64,000 nucleotides of DNA, taken from NCBI GenBank assembly GCA_020025885.1, contig JAHHRJ010000003.1:15498-79497 (forward strand), written 5' to 3'. The position numbers were made by a program, and so were the translations under genes. The stretch comes from Butyricicoccus sp. Lineage in GTDB: Bacteria > Bacillota > Clostridia > Oscillospirales > Butyricicoccaceae. Under the pieces are notes generated by a model that saw only the letters and a list, made by a program, of their open reading frames with translations, did no database searches and was not told the DNA's origin. Below, in pieces: positions 54,404 to 64,000 of this stretch (position 1 is the stretch's first letter; every line of letters starts with the position of its first letter).

Positions 54404-56591
54404 AAATGGCTATGTCGTTCTGCGTATGCTTGCGCGGGATGGCGAAGAAGTCACGGTAACAGGTGCGATCCCAAACTTGGGACTGGGAGAAGAACTGATC
54501 TGCTGTGGACAGTGGATCACACACCCTTCCTATGGAGAGCAGTTTAAGACGGATAGCGTAGAACGCCGCTTGCCAGAGTCTGCGCGTGGTGTGGCAGAGT
54601 ATTTAGGTTCTGGGTTGATTCGCGGCATTGGACCGAAACTCGCTGTGCGCATTGCAGAAGCCTTTGGTGCGTCTGCATTCGATATTCTGCAAAATGAACC
54701 AGAGCGATTGACTGAGATTCGCGGCATTACAGCACGCAAAGCGCGTGATATTGGAAAGCAATTTATCGAGATGAGCGAAATGCGTCTGCTCATGGACTTT
54801 TTGACCGAAAACAATCTTCCAGTTTCTCTCACGCCGCTCTTGTATAAACGGCTGGGCGTTTCGGCAGTCGATGCACTGAATGAAAACCCCTACTTGCTCT
54901 GCGATGAATATTATGGAGTGGAATTCCAGCTTGCAGATCAGCTCGCAGAAAATTTGGAAATCCCAAGACTTGCAACCGAGCGATGTGATGCCGCGATTTT
55001 ATATACCATGCGGTTTAATCTGGACAATGGGCATACTTTTATTCCAGTAGAAAAACTCATCCAAGCAACCATAGCACTCTTATCGGATGATGAAACAGAA
55101 ATCGAGCCAGCACGAATCGAGGAAGGCATTGCGCGGCTGGATGGAACCGGTCAGCTGGTGCGTGAGTTTATCTGCAAGCGTGATGCGGTGTATCTGTATG
55201 CGATGCATGAAGCAGAGGATTATCTGGCAGAAAATCTGCGTGAAATGGCAAAGCGCGAGTATCGCTATGACTTTGATGTGGAAGAGCTGGTTGCAACGCT
55301 GGAGGCGGATTCTGAGATTGATTATGCACCGCTGCAAAGACAGGCGATCGTTGCGGCTGGTAAATATGGTGTAACCATTTTGACAGGTGGACCGGGTACT
55401 GGTAAGACAACAACGGTGCGCGGTATGCTGGATCTCTATGAAGCACTTGGCTTGCAAGTCCTGCTGGCAGCACCGACAGGACGCGCGGCAAAGCGCCTGT
55501 CCGAGCTGTGCGGTATGGAAGCAAAGACCATTCATCGCCTCTTGGAAGCCGGCTATGTGGCAGGGGGCAGCAGGCTAACTTTCCAGAGATGTGCCACGAA
55601 TCCGCTCGAATGTGATGTTGTGGTACTCGATGAGGTATCCATGGTAGACGTGGTACTCATGCAGGCACTTCTGGAAGCGCTGCCCTATGGTGCACGTTTG
55701 GTATTGGTGGGGGATGCCGATCAGCTGCCTCCGGTCGGACCGGGTAACTTCTTGCGTGATTTGATTGGTTCTGGTTGTGTACCTGTGATCGAGCTGACGG
55801 AGATTTTCCGTCAGGCACAAAAGAGTGCGATCGTTATGAATGCGCATGCGATCAATTTGGGCGAGATGCCGAAGCCATCCGGAAAAGATGGGGATTTCTT
55901 TATCATGCGCAAGGAAAATACGGCAGATATTATGTCAACGGTCGTTGGATTGTGCCAGAAACGTTTGCCACAGTATTATGGGCTGTCTGCCAGCCAGATT
56001 CAGGTGCTTACACCAGCAAGACGGCAGGGCGCTGGAACCATTCCGCTCAACCGGATGCTGCAAGAAGCACTGAATCCACCGATGGACGGAAAGCCAGAAA
56101 AACGCTTTGGTGATGTAATCTTCCGAGAGGGGGATCGCGTGATGCAGATTCGAAATAACTATGATATTGTTTGGGAAAGCGTGGATGGATCGGAAACAGG
56201 CACAGGTATGTTCAATGGTGATGTGGGAGAGATCATACAGCTTTCCCCAGCGCAGGAGTATCTGATCGTGCGCTTTGATGATAAGCTTGCAACTTATATG
56301 TTTGATATGCTGGGTGAATTGGAGCTTGCCTATGCAATGACTGTGCATAAGGCGCAGGGCAGCGAATTTGATGCAGTCGTGGTGGCAGTTTCGCGGGAAA
56401 TGTCGCACCGCCTGCTGACACGCTCTATCTTGTATACGGCGATCACACGTGCCAAGAAGCTGCTTGTACTCGTTGGCAATGGGGATGCGATTGCATACAT
56501 GGTGCAGACCAACGCGCGCAATAAGCGGTATTCGGCACTCCGTACCCGCTTGCGCCGCAATGAGGAAGCACAAGGGGATGATTTGGAATGA
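54345..56591 (+). CDS. recD2: ATP-dependent RecD2-like DNA helicase
   Basis: HhH N-terminus, TGGPGTGKT, DEVSM, GDADQL, YAMTVHKAQGSE, YTAITRA. Confidence 0.95.
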   Translation: MQEIQTIQGTVTQIVFQNIENGYVVLRMLARDGEEVTVTGAIPNLGLGEELICCGQWITHPSYGEQFKTDSVERRLPESARGVAEYLGSGLIRGIGPKLAVRIAEAFGASAFDILQNEPERLTEIRGITARKARDIGKQFIEMSEMRLLMDFLTENNLPVSLTPLLYKRLGVSAVDALNENPYLLCDEYYGVEFQLADQLAENLEIPRLATERCDAAILYTMRFNLDNGHTFIPVEKLIQATIALLSDDETEIEPARIEEGIARLDGTGQLVREFICKRDAVYLYAMHEAEDYLAENLREMAKREYRYDFDVEELVATLEADSEIDYAPLQRQAIVAAGKYGVTILTGGPGTGKTTTVRGMLDLYEALGLQVLLAAPTGRAAKRLSELCGMEAKTIHRLLEAGYVAGGSRLTFQRCATNPLECDVVVLDEVSMVDVVLMQALLEALPYGARLVLVGDADQLPPVGPGNFLRDLIGSGCVPVIELTEIFRQAQKSAIVMNAHAINLGEMPKPSGKDGDFFIMRKENTADIMSTVVGLCQKRLPQYYGLSASQIQVLTPARRQGAGTIPLNRMLQEALNPPMDGKPEKRFGDVIFREGDRVMQIRNNYDIVWESVDGSETGTGMFNGDVGEIIQLSPAQEYLIVRFDDKLATYMFDMLGELELAYAMTVHKAQGSEFDAVVVAVSREMSHRLLTRSILYTAITRAKKLLVLVGNGDAIAYMVQTNARNKRYSALRTRLRRNEEAQGDDLE

Positions 56592-57256
56592 GCAGACTGC
56601 TTGATCTGCTGTTTCCACCAAATTGTGTTTTATGTCGCGGTGCGGTATCTAAAGGGATGCAGATTTGTGATACCTGTGCCGATGAAATACAAGGGCAATA
56701 TCGGCTGCAAAAGCATATATCCATTGCAGAGTGCAGCGATGCTGCGGCAGCCTTGCAATACAAAGGGAAAGTGCAGCGTGCACTGTTAAGCTGTAAGTAT
56801 GGTCAGAAAAATATCATTGGTAAATGGGGTGGGGAAATAATCACGGCTTGTCTGGCAGATCATTTGCCGGAATGGAAGCCAGATTGTGTTACCTATGTTC
56901 CAACGACGCTTGGACACTGGTGGAAGCGCGGATTTCATCTACCAACGATATTTGCGGCAGAGGCGGCAAAGCAATGCGGGCTGCCTTGTATCCGAACTTT
57001 GCGGCGAAAGTGGTTTGCGAAGTCACAGCTGAAGACACATTCTGCACAAGACAGACATGAAAATGCAAAGCACACATACTCTTTGTATAAAGAAATTGAC
57101 TTAACAGGGAAACGGATCGTACTTGTGGATGATGTTTTAACTACGGGTGCAACCGCGACTGCCTGCGCAGCGATTTTGCGTGAGATGGGAGCTGCGGAAG
57201 TGTTTTTTGTCAGTTTGGCAAAGTCACAAAATAAACGGAAAAGTGCCGAAAAATAG
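56588..57256 (+). CDS. comF: ComF family protein (zinc ribbon + PRTase domain)
   Basis: LFPPNCVLC..ICDTC, KRGF, LVDDVLTTGAT. Confidence 0.9.
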   Translation: MSRLLDLLFPPNCVLCRGAVSKGMQICDTCADEIQGQYRLQKHISIAECSDAAAALQYKGKVQRALLSCKYGQKNIIGKWGGEIITACLADHLPEWKPDCVTYVPTTLGHWWKRGFHLPTIFAAEAAKQCGLPCIRTLRRKWFAKSQLKTHSAQDRHENAKHTYSLYKEIDLTGKRIVLVDDVLTTGATATACAAILREMGAAEVFFVSLAKSQNKRKSAEK

Positions 57257-57414
57257 CGGAAATACCGCACATAATTCATAAATAATTCGTAAAAAACGCA
57301 AAGTAGTCTTGCATTTGCCTAAAATATCGGTATAATATAATTATCGAAGTCTATCCATAGACGCAGACACGGGGCATATGCCTACAGAATTTGAAAAGGT
57401 TGGTTGGTCGCTTT

Positions 57415-58443
57415 ATGTTCTTTTCGAGCGATATTGGTATTGATCTCGGCACGGCTTCCGTGCTCGTTTATGTAAAGGGAAAAGGTGTCGTGTTAAACGA
57501 GCCTTCTGTTGTTGCCGTAGATAAGCAAACTGGAAAAATTTTGTCCGTTGGAGAGAAAGCACAGAAAATGCTGGGTCGTACACCCGGCAATATTGTTGCT
57601 ATTCGTCCCATGCGTGAGGGTGTTATTTCGGACTATGAAATGACCGAGCGCATGATCAAAGAGTTTATCCGTAAGGTCATTGGCTTTCGTCTGTTTAAGC
57701 CCAATGTAGTGATGTGCGTACCCTCTATTATTACAGAGGTCGAAGAGCGTGCGGTCATTGACGCAGGTACACAGGCTGGCGCAAAACGTGTATTTTTGAT
57801 CGAAGAACCGCTTGCGGCAGCGATTGGTGCAGGCATTGATATTGCACAGCCGGATGGTAATATGATCGTCGATATCGGCGGCGGTACAACAGATATTGCA
57901 GTTATCTCGCTTGGCGGGATTGTGGAATCTACCTCGATCAAAATTGCAGGCGATAAGTTTGATGAAGCGATCGTGAAATATATCCGCCGCTCACACAATG
58001 CACTCATTGGTGAACGTACCGCAGAAGATATCAAAATGGGCATTGGCTGTGTCTATCCACGTCCAGAGGAAATCTCCATGGAGATCAAGGGACGATGCCT
58101 GATGACTGGTCTGCCGCGTACATTTACGGTGACCTCGACAGAGATCATGGAGGCGTTTGAGGAGGTCACAACTTCTATTGTAGAGGCTGTGCATACCGTA
58201 CTGGAACGTACCCCACCAGAGCTGACTGGCGATATCTCCACCAATGGTATCGTCATGACAGGTGGCGGTGCACTCATCTGGGGCTTTGATAAGCTCATTG
58301 CAGCAAAGACGGGCATCCCGACCCATGTTGCAGAGGAAGCGATTTCCTGTGTGGCTTATGGTACAGGGAAGTGCCTTGACCAGCTCGGTGCAATGCAGGA
58401 CGGCACCATGAATCTTTCCCGCCGTCGTCAGATGATGGGTTGA
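57415..58443 (+). CDS. mreB: Rod shape-determining protein MreB/Mbl
   Basis: IGIDLGTA, EPSVVA, DIGGGTTD, TGGGAL; may be the mbl paralogue since no mreCD follow. Confidence 0.92.
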   Translation: MFFSSDIGIDLGTASVLVYVKGKGVVLNEPSVVAVDKQTGKILSVGEKAQKMLGRTPGNIVAIRPMREGVISDYEMTERMIKEFIRKVIGFRLFKPNVVMCVPSIITEVEERAVIDAGTQAGAKRVFLIEEPLAAAIGAGIDIAQPDGNMIVDIGGGTTDIAVISLGGIVESTSIKIAGDKFDEAIVKYIRRSHNALIGERTAEDIKMGIGCVYPRPEEISMEIKGRCLMTGLPRTFTVTSTEIMEAFEEVTTSIVEAVHTVLERTPPELTGDISTNGIVMTGGGALIWGFDKLIAAKTGIPTHVAEEAISCVAYGTGKCLDQLGAMQDGTMNLSRRRQMMG

Positions 58444-58457
58444 TCAAATGAAAGACG

Positions 58458-58490
58458 AAAGCCGTGTGTAACTAGAGTTACACACGGCTT
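58458..58490. terminator. Terminator hairpin after mreB, interrupted at its 3' end by MITE-A
   Basis: AAAGCCGTGTGTAAC-TAGA-GTTACACACGGCTT. Confidence 0.8.
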
Positions 58491-58704
58491 CAGCGTGTCA
58501 AAAAAGTCACTGCGCCCTTTTTATTTTGGAGCGAAGCGACCTTAAATTTTCAAAATCCAAGGACATGTGCCTTGGATTTTGCCCGCGACCCGCGCAAACG
58601 TGCGCGAAACCGGGGGTATCAGAGCCAGTTTCTACCGGAACTGGCTCTGTATCTAGGGGGACTGGGTTCCCCTGGAAAGGCTGTCAAAGTTCTTTGACAG
58701 CCTC
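58491..58704 (-). mobile_element. MITE family A copy 3 (214 bp)
   Basis: Reverse complement of 16469-16682; 12-bp duplication TACACACGGCTT (58479-58490 / 58705-58716). Confidence 0.88.
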
Positions 58705-60029
58705 TACACACGGCTTTTTTCATTGTTCTTGCTTTGCAAGAAGTGCTTGGTTTCCTTGGAAACCTCACCAGATAAGATCCAGAGTCCAATGAGGTTTGGG
58801 AAGGACATACAAGCAGCTGAAATATCTGTGACAAGGAGAAGCACAGTCAAAGGGATGTAACCAGAAAGGGCGGCAGAGCATACAATGATAATAGGATACA
58901 GACGCAGCATCCAGTTTTTTGCGTGCAGCCATTTGAGACAGGAAAGCCCGTAGAAGCTCCATCCAAGAATGGTGGAAACTGCCAGAAAGACAACCGTGAT
59001 CCCGATAAACCAAGGAGCAAGATCACCAAGCACACTGGAAAAGGCGTGTGTTGTCATGGCAAGCCCGTCTGCACCACTCTGCCATGCGCCAGTTGTGAGC
59101 AGTACCAGTGCGGTGAGAAGACACACAACGCAGGTGTCCACAAAGACTTCAACAGCGCCCAGCATACCAGTTGCGCAGGGAGAACTGCTGTCTGAACTGC
59201 CATGCGCGATGGGTGCAGAACCCATACCAGCTTCATTGGAGAAGATACCTTTGGCAAAGCCGTCTGAAACCGTGTGTGCGGTAACCACGCCGAGCAAGCC
59301 GCCCCCACAGGCAAGTGGTTCAAATGCACCAGATACAATGGCAGAAAGGGCAGCGGGGATCTGGTCAGCGTGCAGGGCAACGACCAAACCTCCTGCAAGC
59401 AGATAGCTGCCCGTCATAATGGGGACAAGCACAGAAGATACCTGCGCGATCAGCGCACTGCCACCATAGAGGATCGGGAGCAGAAGCAGGCAAACCATCA
59501 ACGCGATCAGTGGGCGCGGTATGGCAACAAGCGGCGCAAGTGCTTCTGTGATCGCACTGCCCTGTGCAGCAGCACTTGTACCCATCGCGGAGAGAATACA
59601 GAAAAAGGCAAAGAGCTGTGCCAGCATGGGCAAGTTTGCACCGCGAGACAGATAGACCATAGGACCGCCCAAGGGATTAGGGTGATGCTCACGGTATTTG
59701 ACGGCGAGTACAAGCTCGCTGTATTTGGTTGCCATGCCGAGGAATGCGGCAACCAACATCCAGAAGATGGCACCTGGGCCGCCAAGGGTAAGGGCTGAGG
59801 CGACACCTGCCAGATTGCCTACGCCGAGTGTACCGCCAAGTGAGGTGCACAGCGCTTCAAAGGGAGAGATGCCGTCTGAAATGTGATGATTCCTCCTATG
59901 CAATAAGTGTTTGACGCACCAGAATTGTACGCCATGCGTGCGAAAGGTGAGAAGCAGACCAGTTGCTGCAATGAATAAAACGGTGAATGGTCCCCAAAGG
60001 GTGTAGCGTATTTTTAAAATCAATTCCAT
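58704..60029 (-). CDS. Alanine/glycine:cation symporter (AGCS family), second paralogue
   Basis: LGVGNLAG, GGPGAIFWM, GIFSNEAGMGS; start uncertain. Confidence 0.9.
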   Translation of the reverse strand: MELILKIRYTLWGPFTVLFIAATGLLLTFRTHGVQFWCVKHLLHRRNHHISDGISPFEALCTSLGGTLGVGNLAGVASALTLGGPGAIFWMLVAAFLGMATKYSELVLAVKYREHHPNPLGGPMVYLSRGANLPMLAQLFAFFCILSAMGTSAAAQGSAITEALAPLVAIPRPLIALMVCLLLLPILYGGSALIAQVSSVLVPIMTGSYLLAGGLVVALHADQIPAALSAIVSGAFEPLACGGGLLGVVTAHTVSDGFAKGIFSNEAGMGSAPIAHGSSDSSSPCATGMLGAVEVFVDTCVVCLLTALVLLTTGAWQSGADGLAMTTHAFSSVLGDLAPWFIGITVVFLAVSTILGWSFYGLSCLKWLHAKNWMLRLYPIIIVCSAALSGYIPLTVLLLVTDISAACMSFPNLIGLWILSGEVSKETKHFLQSKNNEKSRV

Positions 60030-60110
60030 GCTTTTTATATATGTGCGGATGCTGGTCAATATGTCTTGTATGTGGTATCATAGAAATAAGCATACATAGG
60101 AGGATTTTGC

Positions 60111-60605
60111 ATGACCGAGCAGGAAAAGTTTATGAAAGCCGCATGGAAACTCGCGCAGAAAGCAGCAGAAGAGGGCGAAGTTCCGGTTGGGTGCGTGGTC
60201 GTCTGTGATGGAAAAATTGTAGGACGGGGACGCAATCGGAGAGAGACAAAAAGAACAGCACTGGGTCATGCAGAGCTGGAAGCCATCCAAAAGGCCTGTA
60301 AAAAGCTGGGGGGCTGGCGATTGCATCGGTGTGATTTATATGTTACGCTGGAGCCATGCCCGATGTGTGCAGGCGCGATCATCAATGCGCGGATCAAAAC
60401 AGTCTATTACGGTGCGCCTGACCAAAAGGCTGGGTCTTGTGGTTCACTGACAAATTTGTTTGAACTGCCATATAATCATAAGCCGGAATTGGTGTCCGGA
60501 CTCATGGAACAAGAGTGCGTGGAGGAACTGCAAAAGTTTTTCAAGGCTTTGCGGGCGCGCAAGAAGGCAGAAAAGGAACGAAGAAAACAGTTAGAGATCG
60601 AATAA
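60111..60605 (+). CDS. tadA: tRNA adenosine(34) deaminase
   Basis: GEVPVG, HAE, TLEPCPMCAGA. Confidence 0.95.
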   Translation: MTEQEKFMKAAWKLAQKAAEEGEVPVGCVVVCDGKIVGRGRNRRETKRTALGHAELEAIQKACKKLGGWRLHRCDLYVTLEPCPMCAGAIINARIKTVYYGAPDQKAGSCGSLTNLFELPYNHKPELVSGLMEQECVEELQKFFKALRARKKAEKERRKQLEIE

Positions 60606-60802
60606 AAGAAAACGCAAAACTGGGGCACAGGTGCAGTCCGGTTTTGCGTTTTGTTATAGTTTTTACACAGAATGATCGCGCTTTTGCTGTATTGTTCATA
60701 AATAATTCACAAAAATGTGTCATTTCTAGGGGTGCAAGCAATTGAATACTGTGCTATGATAAAATAAGAAAATGTTTTCCAGAGATATAAGGAGGGCTCC
60801 GC

Positions 60803-62167
60803 ATGGCACAAGAAGCAATGTTAACCATTACCCCTGAAATCGAAGCACTTGCACAGATTTGCTGTGATAACACCAATATACCAGCTGAACTATATCGGCA
60901 GTATGATGTCATGCGTGGGTTGCGTGATATCAATGGCGTAGGTGTGCTGGCAGGGCTGACAAATATTTCATCGATCATATCCAGCAAGGTCGTCGATAGT
61001 GTCAATGTACCATGTGAGGGTGAACTGCGCTATCGTGGTTATGATATCAATGCGCTCGTGAGCGGTTTTCTCAAAGATGGGCGTAAGGGATATGAAGAGA
61101 CAGCGTACCTATTACTGTTCGGCAAGCTGCCCGACAAGGTACAGCTCAAAACATTCAAGAGCCTGCTGGCAAGAGGGCGCACACTGCCTACCAATTTTAC
61201 ACGGGATGTGATCATGAAAGCGCCGTCCCATGATATTATGAACAAGCTGTCCCGCAGCGTACTTACACTTGCATCCTATGACAACAATGCGGATGATATC
61301 AGCTTGCCCAATGTCCTGCGGCAGTGCCTAATGCTGATCTCTGTTTTTCCCATGCTTGCTGTATATTCTTATCATGCATATAACCATTACGAGCGGGGCG
61401 GCAGTCTGTACATTCACTATCCGGATGATACACTTTCCACAGCAAGCAACTTCCTGCGGATGCTGCGTCCTGATATGCAGTATACACCACTCGAGGCAAA
61501 GGTGCTGGATCTGGCACTGGTGCTGCATATGGAGCACGGCGGCGGTAATAATTCCAGCTTTACCACACATGTTGTCACGTCATCAGGTACGGATACGTAT
61601 TCGGCGATCGCGGCTGCGCTCGGAAGCCTTAAAGGACCGAAGCACGGCGGTGCAAATATTAAGGTCGTGCAGATGTTTGAGGACTTAAAACGAAACATTA
61701 CCGATCCAACCGATGAAGAGCAAGTCAAGGGATACCTGAAGCGGATCTTGAACCGAGAAGTGTTTGATAAAAAGGGACTCATCTATGGTATGGGTCATGC
61801 GGTATATTCGATCTCTGACCCACGTGCACAGATTTTCAAATCCTTTGTGCATCAGCTGGCACACGAAAAGGGTAGGGACGATGACTTTGCACTCTATACC
61901 ATGCTCGAGCAGCTTGCACCAGAGGTCATTTCAGAAGAGCGCAAGATCTATAAGGGTGTCAGTGCGAATGTGGACTTTTACTCTGGCTTTGTGTATTCTA
62001 TGCTGGATTTGCCGCATGAACTCTATACGCCTATGTTTGCAATCGCGCGCATTGTAGGCTGGAGCGCACACCGACTCGAAGAACTGATTAATGTGGATAA
62101 GATCATCCGTCCAGCGTATCGTGCTGTTTCGGACGAACATCACTATATGCCACTTTGTGACCGATAA
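60803..62167 (+). CDS. gltA: Citrate / 2-methylcitrate synthase (Si-type fold)
   Basis: LRYRGY, HMEHGGGNNS, GPKHGGAN, GMGHAVY..DPRA, ANVDFYSG. Confidence 0.9.
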   Translation: MAQEAMLTITPEIEALAQICCDNTNIPAELYRQYDVMRGLRDINGVGVLAGLTNISSIISSKVVDSVNVPCEGELRYRGYDINALVSGFLKDGRKGYEETAYLLLFGKLPDKVQLKTFKSLLARGRTLPTNFTRDVIMKAPSHDIMNKLSRSVLTLASYDNNADDISLPNVLRQCLMLISVFPMLAVYSYHAYNHYERGGSLYIHYPDDTLSTASNFLRMLRPDMQYTPLEAKVLDLALVLHMEHGGGNNSSFTTHVVTSSGTDTYSAIAAALGSLKGPKHGGANIKVVQMFEDLKRNITDPTDEEQVKGYLKRILNREVFDKKGLIYGMGHAVYSISDPRAQIFKSFVHQLAHEKGRDDDFALYTMLEQLAPEVISEERKIYKGVSANVDFYSGFVYSMLDLPHELYTPMFAIARIVGWSAHRLEELINVDKIIRPAYRAVSDEHHYMPLCDR

Positions 62168-62169
62168 AA

Positions 62170-62206
62170 AGCCATGCCGTTATGAAACATTCATAACGGC
62201 ATGGCT
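62170..62206. terminator. Bidirectional terminator between gltA and dnaJ
   Basis: AGCCATGCCGTTATGAA-ACA-TTCATAACGGCATGGCT. Confidence 0.8.
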
Positions 62207-62211
62207 GTGTT

Positions 62212-63369
62212 TTATTCGCCCTTAAAAGCGTCCTTTACTTTATCCCAGAAAGATTTACGCTGTACCTGATTCTCGTCCGTTGTGGAGGACTCAAAATCAC
62301 GGAGCAGCTTTTTCTGGTGCTCGGTCAAGTGAGTCGGAACTTCGATGTTCACACGTACATACTGATCACCACGACCGCGACCGTTTACGTTTTGAATACC
62401 CTTGCCGCGCAGACGGAATACTGTGCCTGTCTGTGTGCCTTCCGGAATGGTGTATTCTACCTTTCCGTCGATGGTTGGTACTTGCAGAGTGTCGCCCAGT
62501 GCAGCCTGTGGGAAGGAAATTGGAATCTCACAAACCACATTGTTGCCTTCGCGGGTGAAAATTGGATGTGGACGGATCGAAATGGTTACGATCACATCGC
62601 CGCTTGGACCGCCGTTGGAGCCTGCGTTGCCTTGACCGCGCAGCTGGATGGACTGTCCATCATCGATACCAGCTGGGATCTTGACCTTCAAAGTGCGGCT
62701 GTTGCGTGTCTTGCCCGTACCGCTGCACTTTTTACACGGCTTGCGGATGATCTTACCTGTGCCGTGGCACTCCGGACAAGATGCCTGACTCTGGAACATG
62801 CCGAGCGGGGTGCGCTGGGTCTGTGTGACCATACCAGAGCCATGACAGCGAGAACAGGTTTCCACAGTGGAACCCTTTTCTGCACCTGTGCCGTCACATG
62901 CGTCACAGCTTTCAGTACGATTGATGGTAATTTCCTTTTCACAGCCAAATGCAGCTTCCTCAAAGGAAAGCATAATGCGCTGCTGAATGGTTTCACCGCG
63001 CTGCGGTGCATTGCGGCGCGAACGGGAAGAACCGCCAAAGCCGCCGCCAAAGAAAGAACCAAAGATATCGCCCAGATCGCCCATATCAAAGCCGCCGCCG
63101 AAACCGCCGCCAAAGCCGCCTTGACCTGCACCATAATTGGGGTCAACGCCTGCAAAGCCGAACTGATCGTAACGGGAGCGCTTATCTGAATCAGAAAGCA
63201 CCTCATATGCTTCGTTCAGCTCCTTAAACTTTTCTGCCGCGTCTGGATTGTTGCGGTTTAAGTCAGGGTGATATTTTTTTGCGAGCTTACGGTGTGCCTT
63301 TTTGATCTCGTCATCAGAAGCGCCCTTCGCTACGCCAAGTACGTCATAATAATCTCTTTTGTCTGCCAT
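62212..63369 (-). CDS. dnaJ: Chaperone DnaJ
   Basis: J-domain HPD, G/F region, four CxxCxGxG repeats. Confidence 0.99.
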   Translation of the reverse strand: MADKRDYYDVLGVAKGASDDEIKKAHRKLAKKYHPDLNRNNPDAAEKFKELNEAYEVLSDSDKRSRYDQFGFAGVDPNYGAGQGGFGGGFGGGFDMGDLGDIFGSFFGGGFGGSSRSRRNAPQRGETIQQRIMLSFEEAAFGCEKEITINRTESCDACDGTGAEKGSTVETCSRCHGSGMVTQTQRTPLGMFQSQASCPECHGTGKIIRKPCKKCSGTGKTRNSRTLKVKIPAGIDDGQSIQLRGQGNAGSNGGPSGDVIVTISIRPHPIFTREGNNVVCEIPISFPQAALGDTLQVPTIDGKVEYTIPEGTQTGTVFRLRGKGIQNVNGRGRGDQYVRVNIEVPTHLTEHQKKLLRDFESSTTDENQVQRKSFWDKVKDAFKGE

Positions 63370-63450
63370 GTGTCTAAAACCTCACACGTTTTATCAAGTG
63401 GGAAAACAGTGGAAAACGGAAAGGACCGAGATCCTTTCCGTTTTATATGC

Positions 63451-64000
63451 TTACTTCTCGTCCTTCACTTCAGTGAAGTCAGCGTCTACGAAGTCACCCT
63501 GTGCACCAGTGTCCTGTGCGCCGCCCATATTCGGGTCACCCTGCGGAGCCTGCTGCGCATAGATCTTCTGTGCGATCTCGCCAAACTTCTTAGACAGAGA
63601 ATCAGAAGCCATCTTGATCATCTCAACGTCAGAACCCTTGAGCACTTCCTTGACCTTTTCGATCTCAGCTTCTACTGCACTCTTTTCGTCTGCGCTCAGC
63701 TTGTCACCCAGCTCACTCATTGCCTTCTCGGACTGGAACACGAGCTGCTCTGCACCGTTGCGTGCGTCAACTTCTTCTTTACGCTTCTTGTCCTCAGCTG
63801 CGAACTGCTCAGCTTCCTGCATTGCCTTGTTGATCTCGTCCTGAGACAGGTTAGAGGAAGCGGTAATGGTGATCTTCTGCTCCTTACCAGTGCCCAGATC
63901 CTTTGCGGATACATTTACGATGCCGTTTGCGTCGATATCGAAAGTAACTTCGATTTGCGGAACGCCGCGCGGAGCCGGAGCGATGCCGTCGAGGGTGAAG
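63451..64000 (-). CDS. dnaK: Chaperone DnaK (C-terminal part; truncated by window edge)
   Basis: [21 protein letters not shown]-terminal VDADFTEV; directly upstream of dnaJ. Confidence 0.98.
   Translation of the reverse strand, partial: FTLDGIAPAPRGVPQIEVTFDIDANGIVNVSAKDLGTGKEQKITITASSNLSQDEINKAMQEAEQFAAEDKKRKEEVDARNGAEQLVFQSEKAMSELGDKLSADEKSAVEAEIEKVKEVLKGSDVEMIKMASDSLSKKFGEIAQKIYAQQAPQGDPNMGGAQDTGAQGDFVDADFTEVKDEK

Overview
This is mostly core chromosome of a Clostridia-type Bacillota, probably Oscillospiraceae/Butyricicoccus-like (inferred from gene content and order). Housekeeping loci include GS-III (partial), apbE-NusG_II-Gx, ilvA, rpsB-tsf, tRNA-Leu(CAA), nth, ddh, map, the rbsRKDACB ribose operon, nfnAB, brnQ, rpoBC-L7Ae-rpsL-rpsG-fusA-tuf, recD2-comF-mreB/mbl, tadA, citrate synthase, dnaJ and dnaK (partial). 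Four features stand out. (1) A four-gene operon encodes an atypical N-terminally extended HSP90/HtpG-like ATPase followed by three tandem paralogues of an uncharacterised helical protein with an SDCxAC motif (33048-38749). (2) Rod-like ~160-bp hairpin elements have unrelated arms but the same centred apical motif and 4-bp palindromic target duplications. (3) A ~214-bp multi-hairpin MITE inserts at terminators with 36-, 12- and 6-bp duplications and shows compensatory base changes. (4) There are two IS200/IS605 remnants: a tnpB 3' fragment with an intact right end and omega-RNA region just upstream of map, and a 45-nt left-end/right-end fusion scar after rpoC. No CRISPR array, rRNA or intact transposase was seen. 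All calls come from reading the sequence and recalling family motifs; no database searches were run.
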